Source: Desulfurococcaceae archaeon
GTDB lineage: Archaea > Thermoproteota > Thermoprotei_A > Sulfolobales > Desulfurococcaceae
Assembly: GCA_038816475.1 (NCBI GenBank)
Contig: JAWBAI010000003.1
Location: 32,001-96,000, forward strand
Direction of reading: 5' to 3'
DNA: 64,000 nucleotides
The position numbers and the translations under genes were made by a program. This document shows, piece after piece, positions 50,449 to 60,974 of this stretch. Below the pieces are notes generated by a model that was given only the letters and a program-made list of their open reading frames with translations, was not told the origin of the DNA and made no database searches. Positions within the stretch are counted from its first letter, which is position 1. Every line of letters starts with the position of its first letter.

Positions 50449-50974
50449 CCGTGCACAACCTTCTTACTCTTTCAACACCTCTGATCTCGTCAATGAACTC
50501 CACTACCACGGATGGGACAAGCTCTTTCCATGCATCGTTACCCATTATCATGAGATCTCTTATTCTTGTTCCATGGTACTTCTCAGGCTCCACTAGTCTG
50601 ATCTTCTTTACTTTAAATCCCAACCACTCAAACAGGTACAATGTCTGAGGATTTCCTGATGCTACGGCTTCTACTGGTGGAACCATCGATAAGACGTAGG
50701 CAGACCATGCTGGAGGCATGTTTATGTCTGGAATGGTAGTTATCCAAACTCTGTTCCTTATACCTTCGCGAACTACGAATCTTGCTATCATCTCGAATCT
50801 TTCACCGGCTGTAAATGGGTTTTTGCAGGTGAACCCTTCTTGGGAACTACCAATAGCTACAATAACCTCGTCAAACTCTGATAGAAGCTGTTCTAGAGCA
50901 GCCTGATGCCCTAAGTGGAAAGGCTGAAATCTACCTGGGAAAAGCACTCTCCTAGTATTCATATTATCAGCCAT
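50420..50974 (-). CDS. nadM: Nicotinamide-nucleotide adenylyltransferase
   Basis: GRFQPFHLGH, NPFTAGER, SGNP, GT.IR. Confidence 0.92.
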   Translation of the reverse strand: MADNMNTRRVLFPGRFQPFHLGHQAALEQLLSEFDEVIVAIGSSQEGFTCKNPFTAGERFEMIARFVVREGIRNRVWITTIPDINMPPAWSAYVLSMVPPVEAVASGNPQTLYLFEWLGFKVKKIRLVEPEKYHGTRIRDLMIMGNDAWKELVPSVVVEFIDEIRGVERVRRLCTDEHSSKSRW

Positions 50975-50977
50975 GCA

Positions 50978-52912
50978 TCAGCTCATAGCTAAGCACAAGG
51001 AGTCTAGTAGTGACGGTGTTAAAATATCATCGGTGAACTGTCTTACTTCTTTCGTTTTTCTTAGAATAGTAGCTAGAGCTTCCACAGCACCTGGTTCACC
51101 GTGGTTGAGCAGTACCTTCTTGGGTTTAGGATTCATGGATTTAACATACGATACGAGCTCTCTTTGATCACTATGTCCACTGAATCCGTCAATACTGTGC
51201 ACTTCAAGCTCCACTTTTATTGTTTCTATCCTGTTGTCGACAACCATGGGCACCTCTCGAGCTCCGTCTTTTACAGCTCTTCCAAGAGTCCCCTCAGCTT
51301 GATAACCCACAAATACTAGTGAACTGTTAGGATCACCCGCGATGAGTTTAAAGTAGTCTACAACGGGTCCACCATTCAACATACCGTTTGTGGCAACGAT
51401 TATTGAAGGTTTATCCTCGACGATATCCGTTCTTGACGCGGGTTTATCGATAACCACCACGTTATCACTCATGAACGGGTTTTCTCCCTCGAAGATTTTA
51501 TCCCTAACTTTCTTGTTCAAGTACTCTGGGTACTGGAGATGTATGAGTGTTACCTCGTTAACAAGTCCTTCTACGTAGATTGAGATCTTTGGTAGTAATC
51601 CTCTTTCGATAGCATCATTTAAAACGAGTAGTATTTCTTGTCCTCTTCCAGCGGCGAACACAGGTACTAAGACTACACCTTTTCTCTCAATGGTTCTTTT
51701 AACTATCTGAACGAGCTTTTCTTCAGCTTGAGCTCTAGACTCCTGGAGAGAGGCACCATACGTGCTCTCCATTATCAAGGTCTCTACTCGGGGGAACTCG
51801 GTGTGCGCCTTAACTAGGAGCCTAGTATCTGCGAATTTGAAATCACCTGTGTAGACTATGTTGTGAAGACCCATTCCTACATGAAGGTGAACTATGGCTG
51901 AACCCAGGAGATGACCAGCGCTGTACATTGTCAGCTTCATGTCGGGTGCTACATCCGTGACTTCTTCGTAGTCAACAGTTATGGTGTGTGTAAGCATTGT
52001 AGCTAAGTCTTTTTCTCCGTAGGGTAGGTATTTTCCACTTCTCTTTACTACATCGATCATGTCCTTGATCATAATTGTCATGAGATCGCGTGTAGGCTTA
52101 GTAACGTATACGGGGCCTCTGTAACCGTACTTGTAGAGTAGTGGAACAAGACCTACGTGGTCCAGGTGTGCATGTGTAACTATAACAGCGTCTAGCTCGT
52201 CTACTCTGATCATGTCGATCAACGGGTATGCTTTGCTAGGGTTCTCGAGGGCTCCAACATTAACACCAAAATCCAGTAGCACTTTACTCTCGCGAGTTTC
52301 TACGAGCGTAGCTGATCTGCCCACCTCTCTGTAGCCTCCAAGTGCTGTGATCCTGACATAGTTGTTCTTGAAGATAACATCTCTGTGTATCCTTTCCCCA
52401 AGGTTTTTCATGAACTCAGCTCTGTACTCGGATTGCTTGAGCACTATGTTGAGCACATCATTAATGATCTTGGACTCCGAGCGTGTTCTGCGAAGAGGTA
52501 CTATGCGCCAACCTGTTTCTGCGAGTACGTTGATCAGCAGGTTTCGACTGATGAGCAACCCCGGTTTTTCCACCTTTAACCATACTTCTCCAGCGTGCTC
52601 ATCGAAGTACATGTAGTTATGGTCCAATCCTACGTCTTTTGGTAACAGTTCAGCAATTTTAACCTTTGCCATTTCAGCTGGCAGTCTAGCTTCCTTTTGA
52701 ACTTTAATAATGATCTTCTTGCGAACCTTCTTAGCTATATGCTGTGCTAGCTGTGGATATTTAACTAGAGCTTCTCTGTTGCTTACATATATGACTATGT
52801 ATGGTCCTTCGAACTCTATGTTCGGGTAACCCAGTTCTGGTGGTATCTCCTCTAAAATGCTCTTAATTAAGCTCATTTTACCTCTATCTAGCACTACTCT
52901 ACCGGATATCAA
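50978..52912 (-). CDS. fttA: beta-CASP ribonuclease aCPSF1 / termination factor FttA
   Basis: N-terminal KH domains, LGGYREVGRS, THAHLDH, AGHLLGS, MESTYG, GFSGHSD, NHGE. Confidence 0.93.
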   Translation of the reverse strand: MISGRVVLDRGKMSLIKSILEEIPPELGYPNIEFEGPYIVIYVSNREALVKYPQLAQHIAKKVRKKIIIKVQKEARLPAEMAKVKIAELLPKDVGLDHNYMYFDEHAGEVWLKVEKPGLLISRNLLINVLAETGWRIVPLRRTRSESKIINDVLNIVLKQSEYRAEFMKNLGERIHRDVIFKNNYVRITALGGYREVGRSATLVETRESKVLLDFGVNVGALENPSKAYPLIDMIRVDELDAVIVTHAHLDHVGLVPLLYKYGYRGPVYVTKPTRDLMTIMIKDMIDVVKRSGKYLPYGEKDLATMLTHTITVDYEEVTDVAPDMKLTMYSAGHLLGSAIVHLHVGMGLHNIVYTGDFKFADTRLLVKAHTEFPRVETLIMESTYGASLQESRAQAEEKLVQIVKRTIERKGVVLVPVFAAGRGQEILLVLNDAIERGLLPKISIYVEGLVNEVTLIHLQYPEYLNKKVRDKIFEGENPFMSDNVVVIDKPASRTDIVEDKPSIIVATNGMLNGGPVVDYFKLIAGDPNSSLVFVGYQAEGTLGRAVKDGAREVPMVVDNRIETIKVELEVHSIDGFSGHSDQRELVSYVKSMNPKPKKVLLNHGEPGAVEALATILRKTKEVRQFTDDILTPSLLDSLCLAMS

Positions 52913-53015
52913 GCATGTAACACCTTAAACTCCAAGGAGATAAGAACGCAACCGTGCTCCACGTAAGTATTGGATTAAGGCTTTTAAAACCTTAGCTTTA
53001 ACAACTGGAGTACGC

Positions 53016-53636
53016 TTAGGTTTTCTCGAGAGTTTTCTTGAGAGGAACAGTTTTTTCTAGCAATACACCATCGCGTCCGATAACTACCACGTCAACACCC
53101 TCCCCTGTAAAGCCGTCTCTCATAATAGCTGCCTTTACAGCTTTTACAGCAAGGTCTACTGCTGCATCTACGGAGAGATCGTCTTTGTACTCGGACTCTA
53201 GCACACCATAGGCTACCGGAGAACCGCTTCCCGTAGCCGTGTATTTTTCTTTTGATACTGTACCGTAGAGGTCTAAGTAGTACAGATGGGGACCTTCAGA
53301 ATCGTAACCTCCTAGTATTAGCTGTACTAGGAAGGGGTAGTACCTTAAGTACGCAGAGAGTAGTAGTGATAGGTAGTTCGCGAGTGCACGAAGTCCTATG
53401 GGCTTACCTAGGATCACTTCGTATCTTCTTGAATAGTACCTTGCGTTTTCAACTAGAAACTGAGCATCAGCAACGAGACCGGATATTGTAAGTGCAGCGT
53501 AGTCTGTTAACTTAGAGATCTTCTTAACCTGTTTATGGTACACCATTGTACCAGCAGATGCTCTCTTATCAGCTGCTAGAACAACGTGATCGCTGGCGAT
53601 TAACCCCACAGTGGTGGTTTTGGTTTCGTACTTCAC
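53016..53636 (-). CDS. psmB: Proteasome beta subunit (catalytic Thr type)
   Basis: TTTVG, AADKRA, GSGS, RDGFTG; adjacent to aCPSF1 as in many archaea. Confidence 0.92.
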   Translation of the reverse strand: MKYETKTTTVGLIASDHVVLAADKRASAGTMVYHKQVKKISKLTDYAALTISGLVADAQFLVENARYYSRRYEVILGKPIGLRALANYLSLLLSAYLRYYPFLVQLILGGYDSEGPHLYYLDLYGTVSKEKYTATGSGSPVAYGVLESEYKDDLSVDAAVDLAVKAVKAAIMRDGFTGEGVDVVVIGRDGVLLEKTVPLKKTLEKT

Positions 53637-53747
53637 TTAGAGTACACCCTGATTGCTTATTCATCCATGGTTTATTTATGGAGGTGTAGTACTTTTAAAG
53701 CAAAATTATCTATCTACTCAGAACTAGATTAAAGTTAGGTGCATTGA

Positions 53748-54803
53748 GTGAGTAGTATTCACAAAATCGACTTACCAAAGAGAATCGTTATTGGAGATGG
53801 TGCACTGAATGAAATTCCATTGATATTGAAATTCGCCAAGAACAATGTTTCCAAGGTAGCCATAATCACCGGAGAACACACGTACAGTGTAGGGGGATTC
53901 ATAGTAGAGAAAATGGTTAAAGACCAAGCAGATGTTGTAGTAGTTAAAGTGCAAGATGCTCACGTTAATACAGCGGAGAGGATCCTGGATAAGCTAAGGA
54001 ATGAAAGTGTAGACACGATATTCGGTGTAGGTGGTGGTAAATCCATTGACATAGCTAAGTACGTTTCTTCGAAACTCAAAGTACCCATGATAAGTGTTCC
54101 TTTAGCACCGAGTCACGATGGAATAGTAAGCCCCTTTGCAAGTCTTAAAGGTACCAGTAGACCTTACAGCGTATACACAGAGGTTCCATACGCGATTGTA
54201 GCAGATACTAGCATTCTAGCTAGAGCGCCCCGAAGACTTATCCTATCAGGAATGGGTGATCTACTAGGCAAGCTTGTATCGGTGAAAGACTGGAGATTAG
54301 CGCATAGACTAAGAGGTGAGTACTACGGTGAATACGCTGCTCAGCTAGCTCTCATGAGTGCAAAGCATGTAATAAAGTACCATGAGCTAATAGCGAGCGG
54401 CTCTGTTGAGGGCGTAAGAATACTCGTGGAGGCTCTTATCAGTAGTGGTGTTTCGATGTGCATAGCTGGATCCAGCAGACCTGCCAGTGGAAGTGAGCAC
54501 TTATTCGCTCATGCAATTGAGTTATTGGCTCCCGGGAGAGTTCTTCACGGTGAAGCAGTAGCCTTGGGAACAGTTGTCATGCTGTACATATACGGTGATA
54601 AAAGATGGAGATCCGTGAAGGAGATCATGAGGAAAACCGGTCTTCCAACATCAGCCTACGAGCTAAACATAGAACCAGAGGTACTAGTAAAGGCGCTTAC
54701 AATAGCGCATACTATTAGACCAGAAAGATACACTATTCTGGGTGAAAGAGGTCTGTCGGAAGAAGCGGCTTTAAAGGTTCTCAAAGAAACTGGTATAGTG
54801 TAA
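53748..54803 (+). CDS. egsA: Glycerol-1-phosphate dehydrogenase
   Basis: GGGKSID, SHDGI.SP, SRPASGSEH, HGEAV, RPERYTIL. Confidence 0.95.
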   Translation: MSSIHKIDLPKRIVIGDGALNEIPLILKFAKNNVSKVAIITGEHTYSVGGFIVEKMVKDQADVVVVKVQDAHVNTAERILDKLRNESVDTIFGVGGGKSIDIAKYVSSKLKVPMISVPLAPSHDGIVSPFASLKGTSRPYSVYTEVPYAIVADTSILARAPRRLILSGMGDLLGKLVSVKDWRLAHRLRGEYYGEYAAQLALMSAKHVIKYHELIASGSVEGVRILVEALISSGVSMCIAGSSRPASGSEHLFAHAIELLAPGRVLHGEAVALGTVVMLYIYGDKRWRSVKEIMRKTGLPTSAYELNIEPEVLVKALTIAHTIRPERYTILGERGLSEEAALKVLKETGIV

Positions 54804-54837
54804 AGGGAATAGTTATCTAAACCTTGAAAGTACCTGC

Positions 54838-55533
54838 CTAGCTTTGGCGCGAGATCTCTTCTTGGAACACCAGTTTGTTGACCAGGTCTTTGAAGTGCTC
54901 AAATATGTCTGCTGCAAGTGTTAACTTAGCGTAACCCAAGTGTTCTCTCGTTATGTATTTACCAGGTAGCACAATGGTAAGTTTTTTCTCCTGTTCTTGG
55001 TAGATAGTGGTTATCTCGTTCGCTGGTATTTTAAGATGTCTTGAAGATAGTGTTTTTATCTTTTCCTCCGTGTCTTCTATCTTCTTAACAACCTTTACTC
55101 GGTATACGAGGGTTTTACCTGCTAATGGATGGTTAAAGTCTATTACTACCCTACCACCGCTGATCTGCTTTACAATCCCTCTTAATCCTCCGATCTCAAC
55201 GGTATCACCAACGTTTACTTCGTAACCACGTCTTTGAAAATCCCTGAGACTGAACACCTTGATTTTGCTTGGATCTCTTTCCCCAAAGGCTTTCTCGGGT
55301 GGAACTTCAATTTCCTTTTCCTCGTTCTCGGACATCTTGGCAATTTCTTCTTCGACGAAGGGGTTTATCCAGTTCTTTCCGAGGATTAGCAAAACTGGTC
55401 CGTAGAGCTTATTGGGATCATATACATTCTCCTTCTTTGCAAGCTCAGCATCTGTTGTATCAATAACAACACCCGTTTCTTTTACACGTACGGTGAACTC
55501 TATGAGCAGAAAATCACCCTTGTTGAACGGCAT
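54838..55533 (-). CDS. Long-type FKBP peptidyl-prolyl isomerase
   Basis: GDF..IEF, IDTT, PEKAFG.RD, IDFNHPLAGK. Confidence 0.92.
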   Translation of the reverse strand: MPFNKGDFLLIEFTVRVKETGVVIDTTDAELAKKENVYDPNKLYGPVLLILGKNWINPFVEEEIAKMSENEEKEIEVPPEKAFGERDPSKIKVFSLRDFQRRGYEVNVGDTVEIGGLRGIVKQISGGRVVIDFNHPLAGKTLVYRVKVVKKIEDTEEKIKTLSSRHLKIPANEITTIYQEQEKKLTIVLPGKYITREHLGYAKLTLAADIFEHFKDLVNKLVFQEEISRQS

Positions 55534-55681
55534 GCTTATCACCAACAGGTGGTTTAACATAAGCTACTTCTTAAATCTCTAATTCTACACCAAGGTGGAT
55601 AGTGATTTATAAAAGCCTTCAGTAGTGTATTAACAATGATGGTTGCATTAAGTAGTAATTGAGCTAATAGGGGGCTTTAGT

Positions 55682-55906
55682 TTGAGTGAAACTGCACACA
55701 AGATACTTGAGGAAAACCTAGGAAACATGGTACTAATTAAAACTCGTGATGGTGTAGCACTAAGAGGTGTTCTGAGAAGTTTTGATCAGCACTTGAACGT
55801 TGTACTAGAGAACGCTGAGGAACTCGGCAAAGAGAACATTAGAAAACTCGGCACAGTTGTTATAAGAGGAGACAACATAATACTTATTTCGCCACTAACC
55901 GAGTAG
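55682..55906 (+). CDS. Sm-like (Lsm/SmAP1) protein
   Basis: [20 protein letters not shown]; upstream of rpl37e. Confidence 0.93.
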   Translation: MSETAHKILEENLGNMVLIKTRDGVALRGVLRSFDQHLNVVLENAEELGKENIRKLGTVVIRGDNIILISPLTE

Positions 55907-55922
55907 CAAAAGGTATGTTGGT

Positions 55923-56111
55923 ATGGTTAAGGGCACAACAAGCTTTGGTAAACATGGGCGTAGCAAAACGCATATTAGATGCCGTAGATGCGGTAGACAC
56001 AGCTTCAACGTGGCAAAGGGTTACTGTGCAGCGTGCGGCTTTGGAAGAAGCAGAAGAATAAGAAGATACAGTTGGCAAAACAAAAAAGTTAATAGAGTTA
56101 GAGTAGTATAG
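55923..56111 (+). CDS. rpl37e: 50S ribosomal protein L37e
   Basis: [23 protein letters not shown]. Confidence 0.96.
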   Translation: MVKGTTSFGKHGRSKTHIRCRRCGRHSFNVAKGYCAACGFGRSRRIRRYSWQNKKVNRVRVV

Positions 56112-56231
56112 AGAATTTTAAGGCTAGTAAGCAGTATAAAAACTTGAAGACTAATAAACCCCTACACTTCAGACTAGTCTTACAAGCGTGGTGAATTTTC
56201 GATTCACAGTTGATTCGATGGTGCATTACTA

Positions 56232-57434
56232 ATGGCCAAGTATTTGATCAGAGCACGTATAACTGTTGATGGTGTCGTGGATAAACACGATATAATAGGA
56301 GCTATATTTGGGCAAACAGAGGGTTTGCTAGGTGGAGAATTCGACCTTAAGGTTCTTCAGGATAAAGGCAGAGTTGGTAGAATACAGGTAAACATAAGAA
56401 CGCAGAGTAACAAAACTATAGGTGAAATTCTGATTCCAAGCAATCTCGATAGAGTGGAAACAGCTCTACTAGCAGCTCTCACGGAGATCGTGGATAGAGT
56501 TGGACCTTACGATGCTGAAGTTAAAGTAGTAGACATCGTAGACCTCAGAGCCGAGCGTATAAGGAAAATAATTGAGAGAGCAGTTGAAATACTCAAAGTA
56601 TGGGGGAAAGAGAAAACACCGGATCTCAAGGACATAATAAAAACTATTCAGGACAGGCTGAGAACACCGGAGCCAACATCCTATGGTCCTGACGAGCTTC
56701 CAGCCGGTCCTGACATCGATAAAGCTAGCACAATTATAGTAGTTGAGGGACGTGCAGACGTAATCAACTTACTAAGGTACGGTTACACTAACGTGATAGC
56801 GCTAGGAGGCGCGAGAAGAGTATCGGAAACGATCAAGAACCTATCGCAGAATAGGAAAATCATTCTTCTAGTTGACGGAGATCACGGAGGTGATCTGGTG
56901 ATCAAAGAGGTTCTCAGGTCCATGAGAGTAGACTACATCGCGAGAGCACCACCAAACGTAGAGGTTGAAGAGCTCACAGGGAAAGAGATCGAAGAAGTAC
57001 TATCTAAAGCGCAACCCGTTCTCGAATATCTTGAGCAGAAGGCCAAACAAGGTGACAAGGAATCCGAGATATTGCTTCAAACTCAGAGAAAGTTCCACAA
57101 GATTGTAGAGGAGAAAGTCGAGGAAACTCTGCTTATACCGCTGAAAGTTGCAGAGCTTATGAAATCGCTCCAGGGAACTCTAGAGTCTGTACTGTTTAAT
57201 AGTGACTGGCAGGAAGTGAAGAAGATACCTGTAAGGGATCTCGTGGCTGAGATTGAGGGATTAGAGCCAGGTAAAGTGTATGCTGTAGTTATGGACGGAA
57301 TTATAACACAGCGCTTACTGGATACAGCTTCCACCAAGGCTATAAAGCTGATAATTGGTGCTAGAGTTGGTAAAATACAGTACAAGAACCCTAGTTTAGT
57401 AGTTTTAACATTCAACGAGATCTTTACACAGTAG
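56232..57434 (+). CDS. dnaG: Archaeal DnaG (TOPRIM, exosome-associated)
   Basis: GAIFGQTEGLLG, GRVGRI, VVEGRAD, DGDHGG, DGIITQRL. Confidence 0.95.
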   Translation: MAKYLIRARITVDGVVDKHDIIGAIFGQTEGLLGGEFDLKVLQDKGRVGRIQVNIRTQSNKTIGEILIPSNLDRVETALLAALTEIVDRVGPYDAEVKVVDIVDLRAERIRKIIERAVEILKVWGKEKTPDLKDIIKTIQDRLRTPEPTSYGPDELPAGPDIDKASTIIVVEGRADVINLLRYGYTNVIALGGARRVSETIKNLSQNRKIILLVDGDHGGDLVIKEVLRSMRVDYIARAPPNVEVEELTGKEIEEVLSKAQPVLEYLEQKAKQGDKESEILLQTQRKFHKIVEEKVEETLLIPLKVAELMKSLQGTLESVLFNSDWQEVKKIPVRDLVAEIEGLEPGKVYAVVMDGIITQRLLDTASTKAIKLIIGARVGKIQYKNPSLVVLTFNEIFTQ

Positions 57435-57443
57435 ACTGAATTA

Positions 57444-59852
57444 CTACTCTTGTTTTTTACCGATATATTCAAACAAGCTCTTTCTTGTTGTTGAAACACG
57501 CTTTAACTGAGTGTCAGTAACCCCGAAGTACTCTAGTATTCTGAGTACAGCAGGAATCACTTGGTGATCCACGTAGTAATTGTAGTCCAGGAGCTTGGAG
57601 TCTTTTACTAGCATATATGGTTCAGCTCTATCGGAGACCTTGCCTGAACCCTTCAGGATTACAAAGCCTATTTTATCACCTACGTCAACTTCGTAGCCCA
57701 GTTTAATCATCTTCTTAGCAGCTCTTACGTGAGGTGCTTCAACATCGTACTCCGATATGGGCTTCGTCAAGGTCTTCCATATAATTAGCTTTTCAACGGG
57801 TATTTTACCCTGTGCAAGGTCGAGCACTACGCTTCGAACATACTCAATAGCTTTGTTTACACTACCTTCTTTGAGTAGAATTTCGGTCACACGTTCTTGA
57901 ACATCCTTTGCGATCTCCGCCCAGTCACCACGTGCAGCTTCAAAACCAACAATATCTATTCTACCATCCTCTAGAAGCCCTGCGTATCTCTTCTTAGCTT
58001 CGCTGAAAAACACTCTCTTGTAGACCTTGTCTACTTTGATCTCAAAGCCGAGCTCTTTTTCAACGAGCTCCACGAACTTGCTGATTTTCTCCGGATGGTA
58101 CGTTACGAACAGTGAGTCGGTGTCCCCGTAAATAACCTTGAGACCTAAGCTCTGAGCAAGCTCAATGGCTTTTCTTATTAGAGATCTACCCCAAGCAGTT
58201 ACAGCTTCAGCGCATTGCTTGCAGTACCATCTTGCGCCAACCCAGCCCATGTACCCGTAGGTCGCATTTGCCAATATCTTCACCGCTCGCTGTCTTTCGT
58301 CTAGTAACCTGTACTCGTAGGATTCAGGTGGGTACTTCTTCAGTTCTTCTTTTAGAGCTTTTCTCAGCTCAATGAGCTTTGTTAAAACGCTCTTGAAGAA
58401 GCCTGGTGGTTCCTTCGCAAAGCAGTGTTCAACCTCAGGGGCGATGTTGTGCAGCTGTTCAACACACTCAGTGTGCTTTACAATGGTATCTGGACCAACG
58501 TTGTACTTGATCATGATGCTGGGATACATGCTTGTAAAGTCCAGTACAGCTATATTCTCGTGAACTCCGGGTACTGGGCGAAGAACAACGGCTCCCTTGT
58601 AGGGTTCAGCTTCTCTCTCCTCTCTATTGGGTATTAGTTCTCCACGCTTGTATGCTTCGTACATTAAAAACCATTCAAGCCTGTGCCCCACGCTAGCTGC
58701 TCCAACCTGGTCCAGCGGTAGTCTTGTTAAGTACGATAGTTGCATAGCAAAGGGTAGGAATTTCTCTCCAAGACCCAGAGTTGATAGAACATCGTCTAGA
58801 TTGTACTTTAGGAGAAGTTTTCTCTTCTCGGGGTTTTTCCAGTAGCTGGGGAACTCAGCGTAGTCTATTAGAATCCTTTCTTCCCGCTTCATAACTCCTA
58901 GGTAATCAGCTACTATGTCGAGACTCTTCAGCTTTATCTCTGGTATTTCCTCCGCGAAGTGCAACAGGTCTACATTGAGTCTTCCAGGTATTGATATGTG
59001 TCCATAGGTGCTGGTAGAAGGTGCTGAACCCTTTCTACGGCCTACGTCAAGCTGTATTCCTAGAACTTTCGATCTATCTATGAGGTATGGCCAATCAAAC
59101 TTGTTCGAGTTATACCCTAGTATTATGTCTGGATCATAGCTGTTCACGTAGTTAACAAACTCTCTTAGAGCCTTCTCGTCATTAAACTCGTCTGCTGTGA
59201 ACTGCATCACCTGCTTCTTGTCCGTAGTTACACCAATTACAATAACCGGGTCTCTAGCTGGTTTTGGAGAACCATGCTCGGTGTACACTTCGATGTCAAA
59301 TGCTAGAACCCTGAGATCTCTCGGAGGAGTAGAGTCCTCGAGTGAGCGTATCTCACCAACGATCTCGTACTCTTCGTCTACTCTATAGCCTGGTGCAGGT
59401 TTTATGGGTGAAACCTTTGCGATATGCCAACCACATGGACGCAGCTCTTTGTCTATGATGTACCTCATGCTGAACCTAATGTCAGCTTCAACAACTTCAA
59501 AAACACCGGGTAGCGTTTTCACTTTTTCTCTATACTCTCTGACATACTCGGGTACAACAGTTGTTATCTTAAGAGCTTTCACTGGTTTACCATAGTACTT
59601 TTTGTCTACTACTTCCAGGTTTACTATAGGTGATTTTATTTCGGATAGAAGCTTAACCTTGTTAACGACGAACAGGGGATCTGCGGCTTCCTTTAGTATA
59701 GCGTAGAAGTAGGGTCTAAATGTTCTATCACGTAGGATCACTCGACGACCATCTCTCGTGATAGCCCATAGAATAATATGAGGTTCTCCTCCTACGACTT
59801 CATAAGTAGAGTCAAGCAGGTAGAACTCCAAATACTCCATGTTTATCCTCAC
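57444..59852 (-). CDS. polB3: Family B DNA polymerase (PolB3 type)
   Basis: ExoI FDIE, ExoII YNSNKFD, DFTSMYPS, KILANATYGY, YGDTDS, KKRY; no intein. Confidence 0.93.
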   Translation of the reverse strand: MRINMEYLEFYLLDSTYEVVGGEPHIILWAITRDGRRVILRDRTFRPYFYAILKEAADPLFVVNKVKLLSEIKSPIVNLEVVDKKYYGKPVKALKITTVVPEYVREYREKVKTLPGVFEVVEADIRFSMRYIIDKELRPCGWHIAKVSPIKPAPGYRVDEEYEIVGEIRSLEDSTPPRDLRVLAFDIEVYTEHGSPKPARDPVIVIGVTTDKKQVMQFTADEFNDEKALREFVNYVNSYDPDIILGYNSNKFDWPYLIDRSKVLGIQLDVGRRKGSAPSTSTYGHISIPGRLNVDLLHFAEEIPEIKLKSLDIVADYLGVMKREERILIDYAEFPSYWKNPEKRKLLLKYNLDDVLSTLGLGEKFLPFAMQLSYLTRLPLDQVGAASVGHRLEWFLMYEAYKRGELIPNREEREAEPYKGAVVLRPVPGVHENIAVLDFTSMYPSIMIKYNVGPDTIVKHTECVEQLHNIAPEVEHCFAKEPPGFFKSVLTKLIELRKALKEELKKYPPESYEYRLLDERQRAVKILANATYGYMGWVGARWYCKQCAEAVTAWGRSLIRKAIELAQSLGLKVIYGDTDSLFVTYHPEKISKFVELVEKELGFEIKVDKVYKRVFFSEAKKRYAGLLEDGRIDIVGFEAARGDWAEIAKDVQERVTEILLKEGSVNKAIEYVRSVVLDLAQGKIPVEKLIIWKTLTKPISEYDVEAPHVRAAKKMIKLGYEVDVGDKIGFVILKGSGKVSDRAEPYMLVKDSKLLDYNYYVDHQVIPAVLRILEYFGVTDTQLKRVSTTRKSLFEYIGKKQE

Positions 59853-59912
59853 TAGACATTATACTATAAGAGACTCAAAAACACAACTATAGCGGAGAAC
59901 GGTGAACGCGCT

Positions 59913-60974
59913 GTGAAAGTGCTTGAGAAAAACACGAGAGAGAACAGTATAACAATACAGCTGGAAACAACGGACGACCTCTGGGCGCTCTTTAACATAG
60001 TAAAAGAAGGCGACATTGTTTACGCTAGAACAACTAGAGAGGTAAAGGTTGGTGAAGGATCAGAGGGCAGAAGAATACCCATGGTTCTAGGTATCAGAGT
60101 TAAAGGCGTGGAGTTTCAGCAGTTTACCGATAAAATTAGAATTAAGGGTGTAGTAGTAGAAGGACCTGAAGAGTACGGTGTTAAAGGAAAGCATCACACT
60201 CTTACTGTAGGCACTGGAGACACTGTTAAAATAGTGAAGGAGCAGTGGAGCGACTTCGAACTACACTACATCAACAAGTTTGCATTCAAAAGGCTGAAAG
60301 TGATGGTTGTATCAGTGGATCCCGAAGAAGCCTGCATAGGAATCCTCACTGAGCAAGGAGTAAAGTACGTATGGGAGTACACGTACAATTTACCAAGCAA
60401 AGCGTACACGGCTGATCACGAACACCTCCTCAGAGAGTACATAAGAGAAGTTGTCAACGCTATTACAAGCATAGCTCCACGTGAGGAAGTCAACGCATTA
60501 ATAGTAGCTGGACCCGGTGAGGTGAAGAACATAGTCAAGCGAGCCGTTCTGGAAAAGCTGAACATAGTAACGTACTCTGATACAACAGCATCTGGCGGTT
60601 GTCAAGGCGTTAGAGAGGTTCTCGGCAGAGACGTGGTTAAGAACGTTCTAAGAGACCTTGCAGTAGTAAAAGCAAAAACCGTGCTTGAAGAGTTCAAGGA
60701 GCTTTTAGTGAAAGAACCGAATCTCGTAACATACGGTGTTCAAGACGTCTACGAAGCTACGCTCATTGGAGCGGTTTCAAAGCTGGTTGTAGTAGACGAG
60801 CTTTTGAAAACCAGCGATGAAGAGGAGAGAAGAAAGATCTACGACGCACTGGACAATGCTGTTAAGAGAAATGCTGATATAACCATAGTCTCAGCTAAAA
60901 GCGATGTAGGAGTCGAAGTCAGTGGTTTCGGCGGTATAATCTCTATTCTTAGGTTTAAACTACAAAAGGTCTGA
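59913..60974 (+). CDS. pelA: Pelota / mRNA surveillance protein
   Basis: DDLWAL, GD...A.TTR, GKHHT, AGPG, GGIISILRF. Confidence 0.93.
   Translation: MKVLEKNTRENSITIQLETTDDLWALFNIVKEGDIVYARTTREVKVGEGSEGRRIPMVLGIRVKGVEFQQFTDKIRIKGVVVEGPEEYGVKGKHHTLTVGTGDTVKIVKEQWSDFELHYINKFAFKRLKVMVVSVDPEEACIGILTEQGVKYVWEYTYNLPSKAYTADHEHLLREYIREVVNAITSIAPREEVNALIVAGPGEVKNIVKRAVLEKLNIVTYSDTTASGGCQGVREVLGRDVVKNVLRDLAVVKAKTVLEEFKELLVKEPNLVTYGVQDVYEATLIGAVSKLVVVDELLKTSDEEERRKIYDALDNAVKRNADITIVSAKSDVGVEVSGFGGIISILRFKLQKV

Noticed and set aside
55620-55680. ATGATGG...TTGA upstream of Lsm as a possible C/D sRNA
   Set aside because: No C'/D pair at proper spacing; more likely promoter/5' UTR.
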